NCBI GenBank assembly: GCA_965208575.1
Contig: CBDBOV010000006.1
Location: 1,248,001 to 1,312,000, forward strand
Direction of reading: 5' to 3'
Length of the DNA: 64,000 nt
DNA from: Spirochaetia bacterium
Lineage (GTDB): Bacteria > Spirochaetota > Spirochaetia > SZUA-6 > Bin103
A program made the position numbers and the translations under genes. Of this stretch, positions 1 to 10,314 are shown piece after piece (position 1 is the stretch's first letter; the number at the start of each line of letters is the position of its first letter). Under the pieces are notes generated by a model that saw only the letters and a program-made list of their open reading frames with translations, had not been told where the DNA came from and searched no databases.

Positions 1-1093
1 TCTCGCCGTGATCGACAGTACCGTCTACGAAGAAGGTTGCGTTCTTGAGTAGATGCTGCATCCCGCTTTGCAGCTCGTCGCGCACCTCCCGCAACCGGTT
101 TTCGGCCGTCTCGCGGAGTTCGTGCGCGATATCGCGGGCTTCGTTCCACTCCTTTATGAGTGCGTCCCGGCGACGCTGCAACTGGTCGCGCACCGCTCCG
201 ATCGCCTGCTCTGCGCGTACAGTGCGCAGAACGCTGCGGGCGATGCCCAGCGCCTTGACGAACTCGTCCTTTTGGAGACTAGCGAACAATCTGACCAGTT
301 CTCGGAGGTCACCGCAGTCCGCACGTTCGAGGGCATCGAGGTAGCGGACGCGCCCTTCGTTCCGTACCACCAATGGAAACCATCCGGCTTTCACGAACAC
401 CAGGGTGGCGAGCGCTCGCGCGATGCGGCCGTTGCCGTCCTGGAACGGGTGGATCTGTGTGAATCGGTGGTGCAGCCATGCCGCCTCGACCTCTGGAGGC
501 ACGCCCACGTGACCCGCATGGAGTGCGATCATCCGATCCATTTCGGCCGCCACGTGCTCCGGCGGACAGTATTCGTGAATGGAGCCGTCGGGTCGAAGTG
601 GATTGTTGGGCCACTTCTTGTAAGCGCCACGAATCAACTCGACTCGGCTGATGCGGCCCTGTGCATCGGCGGCTTCCGCCCACGCCTGATTGCGGGTCAT
701 GAGCGCGTGCATCTCCTTGACGTAACCCGTGGAAAGAGGGCGCTCACCCCGCACGAATCTGAAGATGCTCTCTACCGCGGCTTGGTGATCCCCGATCATG
801 GCGGCAACCGACTCCGGCTGCTGGCCATCCCCATGAGGGATGAGCGCCGCATCAATGCCATGCTCGATCAGCAGTTGCGTGACGCCGCGGTCGAACGCGT
901 ACAAGCGCTCGATCAGCCCGGTCTCGATGGCCCACTCGCGGTGCAATCGCTCGTTGAATTGTACGAACGAATCCTGCGACTCAAGCCGCTCGCGCTGGTC
1001 GTGCCAGACCGCCGCCAAGTGTTTCAGCTCCGCTTGTGCGAGTTCCGCCGGGTCGGTCTCGTAGTCGCTGATGAAGTCCCATGAGTGACCCAT
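1..1093 (-). CDS. Fic family protein (3' end runs off the window)
   Basis: Read manually on the minus strand from ATG at 1093 (MGHSWDFISDY...REWAIETGLIERLY). The Fic motif HPFQDGNGRIAR lies at ~416-451. The frame is still open at the window edge, which explains its absence from the ORF track. Confidence 0.9.
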   Translation of the reverse strand, partial: MGHSWDFISDYETDPAELAQAELKHLAAVWHDQRERLESQDSFVQFNERLHREWAIETGLIERLYAFDRGVTQLLIEHGIDAALIPHGDGQQPESVAAMIGDHQAAVESIFRFVRGERPLSTGYVKEMHALMTRNQAWAEAADAQGRISRVELIRGAYKKWPNNPLRPDGSIHEYCPPEHVAAEMDRMIALHAGHVGVPPEVEAAWLHHRFTQIHPFQDGNGRIARALATLVFVKAGWFPLVVRNEGRVRYLDALERADCGDLRELVRLFASLQKDEFVKALGIARSVLRTVRAEQAIGAVRDQLQRRRDALIKEWNEARDIAHELRETAENRLREVRDELQSGMQHLLKNATFFVDGTVDHGE

Positions 1094-1372
1094 CAGCCGA
1101 ATGATTGCACATCCCGGAGCGCAGTTTCCACCACTGGGCTCGTGTGGGTCGTGTGGGCGGGAACGCCAAGTGGAAAAATCGAAAAAAAGTTGCGCACACC
1201 CCTTGACGCGATTTTCGGGGCGCGTAACGGCTCGCTACGGCCCGCGGCGGCCCCTCCGACTGTCCGAGAACGACTTCGCGTCCGCGGACGCGGCGGCGCC
1301 CCGCTGAGCGGCCTGCAGGGCGCCGCTTCACCGTGGTCGAGGGCTCGATGAAATCGGCTATTTTCAATCCCA

Positions 1373-1381
1373 TGTTATACT
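1373..1381 (+). promoter_or_regulatory. Extended -10 promoter (TGtTATACT), probably leaderless transcript starting at ATG 1389
   Basis: TG-n-TATACT ends 7 bp before ATG 1389, with no obvious Shine-Dalgarno. Confidence 0.55.
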
Positions 1382-2920
1382 TATGAGTATGAGCGAGTCG
1401 TCTTCTCCCGCCCTCTGGTCCACCGTCGCCGCGCTCCCCGACTATCTCCTGCTGGCGCAGACCCGGCAGCTCGCCCGCCACGAGCAGGCGCTGCAGATCC
1501 TGGTGCTCGACCACTTGCGCGAGATCGAGGTGCGACGCCTGCACCTGACGCGCGGGTACGGGAGCCTGTTCGACTACGTGGTGCACGAACTGGGCTACAC
1601 GGCGGCCGCCGCCTGGCGGAGGATCAAGGCGATGCGGCTGTGCGACCAAACCAGCGCGGCGCGCGAGCTGCTGCGGGACGGCTCGTTGAACCTGAGCAAC
1701 GCGGCGCAACTGCAGAACCTGTTCGAGCGCAGCGACCGCAGCGACCGCAGCCGGGGCCGTGCGCCGGGCAGTGCCGGAGCGGGGGGCGGCGCGAGCGGGG
1801 TGCCGCGGAGTGACGGCGCACCGGGGGAATCGGGACCGGCGGCGCCGATGCGCGGCGGCGAGCACGATCCGGCGCCACCGGCAGCCGGGCCGGCGCCGGT
1901 AGCCGGGCCGGTGCTGGACGCGGCGGCGCGGGAGGAGCTGGTCCGGCAGGCGGCGGGCAAGAGCACGCGCGAAGTGCAGCAGATGCTGGCCGAGGTGGAC
2001 CCGGAGTTGGCGCAGCCGAGCGACCGGTTGCGCGCGCTCGGAGGCGGGCGCTGGGAGCTGAAGGCGGCGATCGACGCGGAGTGCCGGCATGGGCTGGAGA
2101 AGTTGCTGATGCTGCTGTCGCACCGCGACCCGCACCTGTCGCTGGGCGGGCTGGTGGCGCGGCTGGTGCGCGACGGCCTGGACCGCTACGACCCGGCGCG
2201 GCCACCGCGCGTGCGGCGTACGGGCGGTCGCGGCTCGGTCGACGGCGCGGGTCCGGTGAGCACGCCGGCGCGGCGCGCTACGGATTCGGTGCCGCGGAAC
2301 GTGGCGCGCGCGACCGGGAGCGATGTCGAACCGCAGAACGAAGTCGAGCGGGATGACAGGTCGTGGACGGCCGATCGGGTTGGCACTCCCCCTCCTTCGG
2401 CGCCGAAGCGGAATGCGCAAACCGAGTGCGACAACACGAAGTCGGCGCCGGTGAGCCACACGGAAGCCGAGCATGGCAGTACGACGTCCGCGGCGGCGGG
2501 GGCGGCGAACGGCGGCGAGCGGGACGATTCGGCGGCGAAGCGGGGTGCGCAAGCCGAGCACGGCACCGCGAAGTCCGCGTCGGCGCGGGGAATTGCGCGC
2601 CGCGCTGATACGGCGGCGGAACCGTCGTCGGCCGAGCAAGGCAGCGCTGCGCTCGTTGCGGCAGCGGGCAGCGGCGCGAACGCCACGCCGTTGGCGGCAC
2701 GCCCATCCGGAGCCGGACCGGGTTGCGCGGTGCGGGTTGGCCGCGGGCGCTCCGATACGGCGACGGAGCGGCACACGAAAGCCGAGCGCGTGTCTGCGGC
2801 GGTGCGCGGAATCTCCGGCCGCGCCGTATCGGCGGCGAAGCGACACCTGGAGTCCGAGCACGGAAGCGATTCGCTCATGGGGGCACCGAACAGCGGCGGG
2901 CACACCACTTCGCCGGCTAA

Positions 2921-4994
2921 CGTGAGTTTCCTAGTTATTTCGGGTGGCTGGTAGTTTGAGTGGATAAGTCATTTTAGGATAGCAAGTTACTCGCTATCCT
3001 GTCGGACGGGGCTTGTATACACTGACCGTGGTGCTGTCAGGGATGGGCGTGTCGGTATACGTCAAGTAGGCGGCACAGTTTGTCTTGCAGGGACGACCGT
3101 TCAGAGAGCACGTATTGAGCCCGGTAGCGCCCTCTGGTGGCCGGCTCAGGCGCGGCGTAGAGGTTGACCACTTCGGTCACGCCGCTGAGTTCCGTCAGTA
3201 GTTGCTCGATGGTAAGGAGTTGTCCGCCGTCGGCCGCCTTGCGTTGCAGCAGCGAACTCAGCAGCAGTGCCAACACACAATAGAACACGTGTACGCGCAG
3301 CTTCTGATCGGTCCAGTGGAAGGTCGGCGAGAAGCTCACCCAGTGGGGATTCTTCATCTGCTTGAACGCCCGCTCCACGTGATGTTGAGCGCGGCTGGCC
3401 AAGATGATCTCCTGGTCGCTCCACGACTCGTTGTCGGTGCACAGGATGCGTTTGCCCAAGCGCCGGCGTTGCAAGCGCTGGTACGCTGCCCAATCGGTGC
3501 GAAATCGAAAACTGAGCACGCCGTCGGATTCGCTGATCTGAACCTTGAGAATCTGCTTTACGTACTGACCCGAGGTGATCGTGTCGAAATGCTTCTGCAA
3601 GGATGCTCTGCTGTAGCCTTTGCCCTTTGCTCCCGGTAGCTGGCTGCGCGCCAGCTTGCTGCGCAAGGCGCGCAACGCAGCGCGCTTCTTGCGCAACGCG
3701 TGGTTGATCCCAGCCAGCTGCCCGTCCAGCAACCGGCGACTGTTGGTGACCACCACGGTGCGGCGCTCACCCCAGATCACCTTGTCGCTGCGGTAAGCGG
3801 TCACCCCGGCCAGCCGTGGGTCAGTGAAGGAGTGAAACCTGCCGGCGGGAACCGCCAGCAGATCCTCGTGCTGAGTCACGGTCAAGGAGGTGACGAAATG
3901 GTATGGGCCGGCTTGCAGCGCCTCGATATTCGCTCTCGAGGTGTTGCCGCCATCGAACACCAGCGTGACATCTTCGCAGTCCTGGGCCAACTGCTTGCAG
4001 CGGCTGATCAGCGTCTCGATCAAGCTCGAGAACATCGCGGCGTCATTCTGATTTCCCGGATACGGGTGTGAGAGCAGCGGAATGTGGTAGTCGCAGCTTA
4101 CCAGGAGTGCCAAGCCCAGGATCCGCAGATCGGCGCGTTTGCTTTTCGCGTGGCCACGTTGTGCCAGTGCACTGACGGTGCGACTGTCGATGAACGTATC
4201 GAAGTTGGTCGCATCGAAGATGAGCGGTCGCAGATCGATCCGGTAGTGGTCGATCACCCGCTGCGCCAGTTGTTGCTCAATCGCGCCGATGGCAGCGCTG
4301 TCGAGCATGTTCATGTGATCCCAGAATCGCTGACTGGCGAGCGAGCGCTGTGCAGCGGGGAGCAGCCGATTCAACACCGTGCGTCGATACCACTGGTACA
4401 GAGAAGCCTTGCTGGAGGCGGCCACACAACGGTTCAGCGCCGCCACCAGCAGATACTGTCCGCAGGACAGTCCTTGGTCTCGCTTGGGGACCTGGGTATC
4501 GATAAGGCCCACCACATCCAACTCTTGGGCGATCTGCCAGAGCGCGGCCAACGCACCGAACTGAATGACCTTCGCCTTTGCCGGTCGGGTGGGAGCCTCA
4601 CGGAGGCGCTGGAGCAACTTCTCTGCGCTGCCGAGATGTTCGAGGACGATGGGACGTGGTTTGCCGTTGACGCGTCTGGACTCGACGATCTGCCAGTAGG
4701 TGTGCCCGCGGGAGACCTTTTTCTGGAGGGTGGCCACTGCAATCAGTGTATACACTTAGTACGGAGACAGTCAAGGAGAACCGGCATGAGTGGGTCGGAA
4801 GGATCGAAGAGGGGATACTTCGAGTAGTATTGAGGAAGCTGTCCGGCACGGCGCTCGATATATTCAGTGTATACACTGATCCTCTCAAGAGGAGAGTCCA
4901 CTTCCGTGAACCTATCTTGTTTCATGGTAACAACTTATCTGGATGAACCAGAGAATCCCGCGGTCAAATCAACGGGATAAGTAGGAAGGTCAGG
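2921..4994 (-). mobile_element. IS1634-family insertion sequence (copy type A)
   Basis: Imperfect TIRs CGTGAGTTTCCTAGTTAT / CCTGACCTTCCTACTTAT. Direct repeat CTAA at 2917-2920 and 4995-4998 (GGCTAA if the boundary is shifted). Confidence 0.85.
3037..4737 (-). CDS. IS1634-family DDE transposase
   Basis: N-terminus KKVSRGHTYWQIVESRRVNGKPR; DATN, RGHAKSKRADL, VFDGG, VERAFKQMK, FHWTDQKLRVH motifs. Probable GTG start at 4737 (ORF track 4755). Confidence 0.9.
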   Translation of the reverse strand: MATLQKKVSRGHTYWQIVESRRVNGKPRPIVLEHLGSAEKLLQRLREAPTRPAKAKVIQFGALAALWQIAQELDVVGLIDTQVPKRDQGLSCGQYLLVAALNRCVAASSKASLYQWYRRTVLNRLLPAAQRSLASQRFWDHMNMLDSAAIGAIEQQLAQRVIDHYRIDLRPLIFDATNFDTFIDSRTVSALAQRGHAKSKRADLRILGLALLVSCDYHIPLLSHPYPGNQNDAAMFSSLIETLISRCKQLAQDCEDVTLVFDGGNTSRANIEALQAGPYHFVTSLTVTQHEDLLAVPAGRFHSFTDPRLAGVTAYRSDKVIWGERRTVVVTNSRRLLDGQLAGINHALRKKRAALRALRSKLARSQLPGAKGKGYSRASLQKHFDTITSGQYVKQILKVQISESDGVLSFRFRTDWAAYQRLQRRRLGKRILCTDNESWSDQEIILASRAQHHVERAFKQMKNPHWVSFSPTFHWTDQKLRVHVFYCVLALLLSSLLQRKAADGGQLLTIEQLLTELSGVTEVVNLYAAPEPATRGRYRAQYVLSERSSLQDKLCRLLDVYRHAHP

Positions 4995-5884
4995 CTAAGG
5001 GTGATTCGGACACCGAGCGCGGCAGCGTGTCGCCGACGGCGGCGCTACCGATCAGCGGCGCGCTCAGCGGTTCGCCGGCGAAGCGCCAGGCCGAGGCCGA
5101 ACTCAGTTTGGCGTCGCGTGCGGTGGCTCAGGACGGCGACGGTCGGGCGGTGTCGGCGGCGAGACAGCGTGCGGAGGACGCGCGCGGCGGCGCGGAGTCG
5201 GCGGCGGGCCGGGACTCTGTCCGCCGTTCCGATTCGGCGCCGAAGCGAGTCACGCAGGACGAGGGCGGGCACACCGAGGAAGCGGAGCGCGTTTGTGCCG
5301 ATGCGGCTTCGGCGCCGGGGCGCGGTCGCGAGAGGGATCACGCATGCGGGCAACCGACGGCGATGCGTGGCAGCGGCGTTCGGGCTGCTTCGCCGGCGAA
5401 GCGGCGGGGGCGAGCAGACGGCGGTGGCCGGGACACCTTGGTGCCCGGCAACTGGCCGCCTTCGCCCGGCTACGCGGGGGTGGGAGGTGTCCCGGACCGC
5501 GCAACGTGCGCCGCCGGCCCGCGGTTCGACGCCGATCGGCGCGGCGCGGGCACCGGGGCGGGGCGGCCGCTGGTGTCCGGCTTCGGCGGCGAAGCGGCTT
5601 GCGGCCGTCGCCGGGCATGGCGCGATGGGGCCGGGGGAGCGTTCGCCGGCACTGGAGCGGCACCTGGCCGCGCTGCGCGGCGTCGGCGCGGTGCCGGGCT
5701 CGCGGTCGCGGTACATTCCGGCGGTTGTGCGGCGCGAGGTGTGGCGCCGAGACCAGGGTTGTTGCAGCTATGTCGACCCGCACAGCGGGCGGCGCTGCGG
5801 CTCCCGCTATCGGCTGGAGATCGACCACATCGTGCCGTTCGCGCTCGGCGGCCCTGCCGAGTCATCGAACTTGTGAGAAGGAGT

Positions 5885-5970
5885 CTATCCGAGCTGTGCC
5901 CGAGAGCAGCGTGCGCTAGCCATAGCCGGCGTCGCCGGGCACAGTTCGGATAGGGTTGATTGAACTAAAC
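5885..5970. other. Terminal hairpin plus dif-like 11-6-11 site
   Basis: CTATCCGAGCTGTGCCCG (5885-5902) pairs with CGGGCACAGTTCGGATAG (5936-5953), 17/18. Site AGTTCGGATAG-GGTTGA-TTGAACTAAAC at 5943-5970. Confidence 0.7.
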
Positions 5971-7946
5971 CGAAGTTCCAGAGCGGGAATCTTGTTAATT
6001 CGTTATTGATCTGAAAATTGCGCTCAACAGCCGATGTCCGTTACTGGCTACACTTGGGCGCTGACCTCCAGGAGATCGAAACAGCGCTGCTGCAGCGCGG
6101 TCGGTTCGCTGTGCATGGTGAACGTGGCGCCGCTATCCACTATCCGCACGCGGTTGGCCGTCAGCGTCCCCAACTCGCTCATCAGGCTGCGAAAGCTGTG
6201 CACCGGCAGACCGTCGTCGGTACGCTTGCTCGCCGCCTTCCGGTGTGCGGCCGGTGAGCGTTCCGCCGGTTGCACCACCGACTCGCGCAGCGCCTCGCCG
6301 GCGGCGCGGTCGTGGTCGTCGAACAGCACCGGCGCCAGCTTGCTGCGCATGTGCCACTCCACGTAGTAGGCCAGCATGCACAGGAACACGTGCGCCCGCA
6401 CCCGGTCAGCACTGCGGTGATAGATCGGTCGCACCTTCAGATCCACCGTTTTCATGCTGCGGAAGGCGCGCTCCACCTTGGCCAGATCCTTGTACGCCGT
6501 CACCGTCTGCTCGGCGTCGAACAGCTCCGGCTCCACGTTGGAGCGCACGATGTAGAGCCCGTCCAGTTCTTCCTCGGCCGCGATCTTGTCCAGGTCACGC
6601 ACGAACGAGAACGAGTCGTCGGTGATGGTGGTGGTGAAATGCTTGCCCACCTTGTAGTGGTTGATCACCTTGCCCACCCGCAGGCCGATCGCGGCGGCGC
6701 CGCGCAGCGGCTTTTTGGCGCGCTGCGTGGCCGTCACGATCGGCGTCAGTTCCTCCTCCGTGGAGGCCAGCAACTTCTGCCTCTTGCGCTGCCGTTGCTC
6801 GGCCAGGATCGGGTTGCGGCACACGATCAGCCGCTCGCCGGGGAACTCGGGTGAGCTGATCTCCGCCAGGTCACGCTCGTCGAACATGGTCTGCGCCACT
6901 TCGCCGGCCTCGATCAGCTTGCGGATGGTGGGCGCCCGCAGGGTCGTGATCCAGCGCAGGCCGTCGATCCCCTGCAGGTCCTCGCGGATGCGCGCGCCGG
7001 TGAGCATGCCGCGGTCGCCGACCAGCACGACGCGCTGCAAGCCGAAACGGTTGCGAATCTTGTCGACCTGAGCGGCGACCGTCTTGGGGTCACTGGTGGA
7101 GCCCTCGAATACCTCGACGGCGATGGGACAGCCGTCTGCGGTACACAGCAGGCCGAACACGATCTGCAAGGTGCCGCGTTTGCCGTCGCGGCTGTGACCA
7201 CGGCGCGCCAACGGGCAGGTGTGGCCATGGAAGTAACTGGAAGTCAGGTCGTACAACATGAGCGTGTTGTCATGCAGATGGCGCTTGGCCAAGCGCTGCT
7301 CGATGCCGTGCTGGCGAGCGAGCAGCCAATCCATGGCGGCATACAGCTCATTCTCGTCGACGGCTCCCAACTGCAGCAGGTGGCCGAGGGAGGAGACGGC
7401 GCTTTCGGGGTTCAGGCCGCGAGCGGTGGCGAGTTTGGAGCGAGCGTCGACGACGCGAGCGACGATCATGGCGACGACCAGGTCGCGTTCACGGGAGGCG
7501 GGACGAGCGACGAGGGAATGGAGGGAGAGCTTGCGGAGGGAACCGAGGACGGCGGCGACGTGGCCGTGGGGATAGCTGCGCAAGATGGAGAGCAGTTCGT
7601 TGGGAGAGCGCAGAGCGATACCGCCGTTGAGGAGGACGCGCAAACCCTCGACGAGGTGATCGGGCCACTTGGAGAGGTTGGCGATGGTGCGTTTTTTGAC
7701 CTTGCCGTGCTGGCGGAAGGACTCGCGGAGGAGGACGGCTGGGGGAGAGTTGCGGTTGGGGACGGTGTCGATGTACATGGGCACCCTACGGAGGGAATGG
7801 TAGATCATTTAATAATTACATGTCAACCAGATGAGAGAAAATTAACGCTGAACCACAGGACTATTTACATGGACACGATTTACACCCATGAACACGCTAA
7901 TTCCTGTAATAGGAAACAGTTACAAGAACGGCCTCTCAAACCTCGG
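5970..7946 (-). mobile_element. IS1634-family insertion sequence (copy type B)
   Basis: TIRs CCGAAGTT / CCGAGGTT. 6-bp target duplication ACTAAA at 5964-5969 and 7947-7952. The empty site is preserved in the second copy at 16611-16630. Confidence 0.9.
6048..7778 (-). CDS. IS1634-family DDE transposase
   Basis: MYIDTVPNRNSPPAVLLRESFR..KVKKRTIANLS; YDLTSSYF, RGHSRDGK, VGDRGM, VERAFRSMK, RPIYH motifs. Confidence 0.92.
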   Translation of the reverse strand: MYIDTVPNRNSPPAVLLRESFRQHGKVKKRTIANLSKWPDHLVEGLRVLLNGGIALRSPNELLSILRSYPHGHVAAVLGSLRKLSLHSLVARPASRERDLVVAMIVARVVDARSKLATARGLNPESAVSSLGHLLQLGAVDENELYAAMDWLLARQHGIEQRLAKRHLHDNTLMLYDLTSSYFHGHTCPLARRGHSRDGKRGTLQIVFGLLCTADGCPIAVEVFEGSTSDPKTVAAQVDKIRNRFGLQRVVLVGDRGMLTGARIREDLQGIDGLRWITTLRAPTIRKLIEAGEVAQTMFDERDLAEISSPEFPGERLIVCRNPILAEQRQRKRQKLLASTEEELTPIVTATQRAKKPLRGAAAIGLRVGKVINHYKVGKHFTTTITDDSFSFVRDLDKIAAEEELDGLYIVRSNVEPELFDAEQTVTAYKDLAKVERAFRSMKTVDLKVRPIYHRSADRVRAHVFLCMLAYYVEWHMRSKLAPVLFDDHDRAAGEALRESVVQPAERSPAAHRKAASKRTDDGLPVHSFRSLMSELGTLTANRVRIVDSGATFTMHSEPTALQQRCFDLLEVSAQV

Positions 7947-8201
7947 ACTAAACCGCGGGCCTATCTATGGGGCTTGGAATGCCGGTATCGCGTGCCGGCG
8001 GAGTGCTGAGCGTGGTGGGGAACGCCCAGGCTGACGAAGAAAGACCGGGAAGCGGTGATGTTGCCGTGCGATGCGGCGGCGGCGCGCGGTTGGCGGGCAG
8101 ATCTCGGGTTCCCGACGGGCACGGATGCGCTCGGGCAGCGACAAAAGGGCTGCCAGAGAGGCGAGTGCTGGAGTCGAGCCGACGGCGTGGTGGCGATTGC
8201 T

Positions 8202-9395
8202 TCATGCGGTGTCGGGTGGACCACGGCGAAGCGGCCGGTATTCCCAGGTGGTTTGGGAGCGGAATTCCTGGATACGCCGCATGGTTTGCTGACACGCAGG
8301 ACAGCGCTCGCCATCATCGGTGGAAGTTTCGAGAGCAGGTGCAGCAATCATTTCGTTGCCGGTGGTGCGCGCGATCAGGCGGCGGCACAGCGGCAGTTTC
8401 TCCTTGCGGGCACGATTGGCGAGAAATCCGTAGTGACGAATGCGGACGAAGCGGTCGGGCAGGACGTGCTGCAGGAAACGACGCAGAAATTCGACCGCAT
8501 CGAGTTGCATCATGCGGTGCCGGTGGCCACCAGCATAGTCCTGGTAGCGGAAGCGCACCGAGTCCGCGTCAGCCGCCGTGATCCTGCTGTTGGCGATGGC
8601 GACGCGATGGGTGTAGCGGGCGAGATATTTCAGCACCTGCTCGGGGCCGCCGAAGGGTGGCTTGCAATACACCACCCACTGCTTGGCGCGCAGTTGCTCG
8701 CAGAGTGCTCGGAAGCGACCGGGATCAGCCAACTCGGCAAGGGCACCGTGGAACTGGAGGCGGTCGGCAGCGAAGTGTTCCTGCAGCGCCGCCAGCATCT
8801 TGCCGCGAAACAGTTTCGAGAGAACCCGGACCGGGAGGAAGAAGCCGTTGCGGCAGGATATCCAGTCGGCGCCGTCGGGTGACAGCCCGCCGCCGGGGAT
8901 GACGCAGTGGAGATGGGGATGGTGCACGAGCGTCTGGCCCCAGGTGTGCAGCACAGCGATGAAGCCGATGTCGGCGCCCAGATGTTTGGGATCGGCGGCG
9001 ATGGTCTTGAGGGTAGCTGCGGTGGCAGCGAACAAAGCGCCGTAGATTGCGCGTTGGTTCTGCAGTGCCAGCGGCGCCAACTCGGCCGGCAGGGTGAAGA
9101 CGAGGTGGAAATAGGGCACCGGCAGCAGATCCTGGCAGCGATTCTCCAGCCAGGTGGCGCGCTGCTGCGCCTGGCACTTCGGACAGTGGCGATTGCGGCA
9201 GGAGTTGTACGACACGCGTACCTCGCCACAGGCATCGCAGGCATCGACGTGGCCGCCGAGCTTGGCGGTACGGCAGGCTGCGAGGTCGCGCATGACGCGC
9301 TGCTGGGCCTGCGACACCCGCAAGCCGGGCACGCGGCCATCGGCAGCTGCCAGGGTACGGATGACGTCGGCCACCTCGAAGGGCGGCTGGGGCAC
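8202..9395 (-). CDS. IS91-family (Y2 HUH) transposase with N-terminal zinc-binding domain
   Basis: CRTAKLGGH..C..C, SCRNRHCPKC, HTWG...HPHLH (HUH), YLARY, RIRHYG. Confidence 0.93.
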   Translation of the reverse strand: MPQPPFEVADVIRTLAAADGRVPGLRVSQAQQRVMRDLAACRTAKLGGHVDACDACGEVRVSYNSCRNRHCPKCQAQQRATWLENRCQDLLPVPYFHLVFTLPAELAPLALQNQRAIYGALFAATAATLKTIAADPKHLGADIGFIAVLHTWGQTLVHHPHLHCVIPGGGLSPDGADWISCRNGFFLPVRVLSKLFRGKMLAALQEHFAADRLQFHGALAELADPGRFRALCEQLRAKQWVVYCKPPFGGPEQVLKYLARYTHRVAIANSRITAADADSVRFRYQDYAGGHRHRMMQLDAVEFLRRFLQHVLPDRFVRIRHYGFLANRARKEKLPLCRRLIARTTGNEMIAAPALETSTDDGERCPACQQTMRRIQEFRSQTTWEYRPLRRGPPDTA

Positions 9396-9402
9396 GGCTC
9401 GC

Positions 9403-9936
9403 TCAGCGCAGCGGCGGCAACGACTCCAGTGGGCTCTCGACCGCGGTGATGCGCTTGCGGGTGACGTGGGTGTAGATCACGGTACTCCTGATCGAGGCGT
9501 GCCCGAGCAGCGCCTGAACGGTGCGCAGATCGGTGCCGGATTCGAGCAGATGGGTGGCGAAACAGTGGCGCATGGTGTGCGGGGATACAGGCTTGCCGGC
9601 GACGACGTGGCGCACCTTGGCGATGGCCTGCGCCACCGCATCCCTGGTGACGTGGCGGTCGGGATAGGTCCTGCTGGGAAACAGCCAGGAGCGGGGCCGG
9701 TAGCGTTGGTAGTGGCAGCGCAAGTGGTGCAGCAGGGCCGGCGACAAGGTCACCAAACGATCCTTGCGGCCCTTGCCTTGCACGACATGCAGCAGCATCC
9801 GCTTGCTGTCGATGTCTGCGACCCTCAGGGAGACCGCCTCGGAAACGCGCAGCCCGGCCGCATACAGGGTCATGGCGATGACGCGGTTCTGCGGGTTGGT
9901 GATCGCTTCGAGTACGGCGCGCACCTGGTCCTGGCT
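9403..9936 (-). pseudogene. Tyrosine recombinase, C-terminal catalytic half (split by transposon)
   Basis: YAAGLRVSE, GKGRKDR, HTMRH, LLGH, STVIY catalytic residues. Joins KLPLVLS (13508+) to QDQVRAVL. Confidence 0.9.
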
Positions 9937-9990
9937 TGTTGGGTCTCACGTAATTCTGCTGTTTTTTCGCACGGTAATCTGGACACCATA

Positions 9991-10305
9991 TTATTCTGCA
10001 CCGGGTTGCCGGTGGCCGCGGGCGAGATCTCCTGTCGGTGGTGCTGAGGGGTCCTCAGGAGATTGTCTCAGGAAGCCGAGAACGGCAGGATGTTTGAGAG
10101 AGAGTTCCTGTTCGACGAGAGTCAGCTTGACGGGTGAGTTCTGGAACACGGCGCGCAGCATGTCGGTGAAGTTGTGCAGCACCATGGCGCCCCAGATGTC
10201 ATCACGGAAATACACGAAGTAGGTGGCGCGACCGGCGAACGTCCTGGCGTAGGCGAAGTATTCGCGGTCGCTGCCGGCGATTTTTCTGATAGCGACGTTG
10301 ATCAC
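9991..10305 (-). CDS. Hypothetical protein (last gene of the transposon operon)
   Basis: 104-aa ORF with protein-like composition, starting about 10 bp after the ATPase stop and lying inside the TIRs. Confidence 0.6.
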   Translation of the reverse strand: MINVAIRKIAGSDREYFAYARTFAGRATYFVYFRDDIWGAMVLHNFTDMLRAVFQNSPVKLTLVEQELSLKHPAVLGFLRQSPEDPSAPPTGDLARGHRQPGAE

Positions 10306-10314
10306 GGAACCGAC

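Larger units (their letters stand above)
1389..5873 (+). pseudogene. HNH endonuclease with DUF222-like N-terminus and repetitive linker, interrupted by IS1634 (2921-4994), frameshifted, and truncated by the IS91-like element
   Basis: N-terminus LDHLREIEVRRLHLTRGYGSLFDYVVHELGY. Removing the IS rejoins ...TSPA|KGDSDTERG in frame with ORF 5027. The C-terminal RYIPAVVRREVWRRDQGCCSY...RCGSRYRLEIDHIVPFALGG...SNL is in another frame (shift at ~5450-5570) and stops at the element end at 5874. Confidence 0.8.

Noticed and set aside
53-1084. 343-aa plus-strand ORF
   Set aside because: It is the antisense shadow of the minus-strand Fic gene, which carries the real catalytic motif.
2390-5600. CRISPR array
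   Set aside because: The repeat cores are only 12-16 bp, degenerate and in a coding frame, and no cas genes are present. It is reported only as an unusual repeat.
5885-5970. Integron attC site / integron integrase
   Set aside because: There is no clear RYYYAAC...GTTRRRY framing or cassette array. The recombinase is short and coupled to an IS91 transposase.
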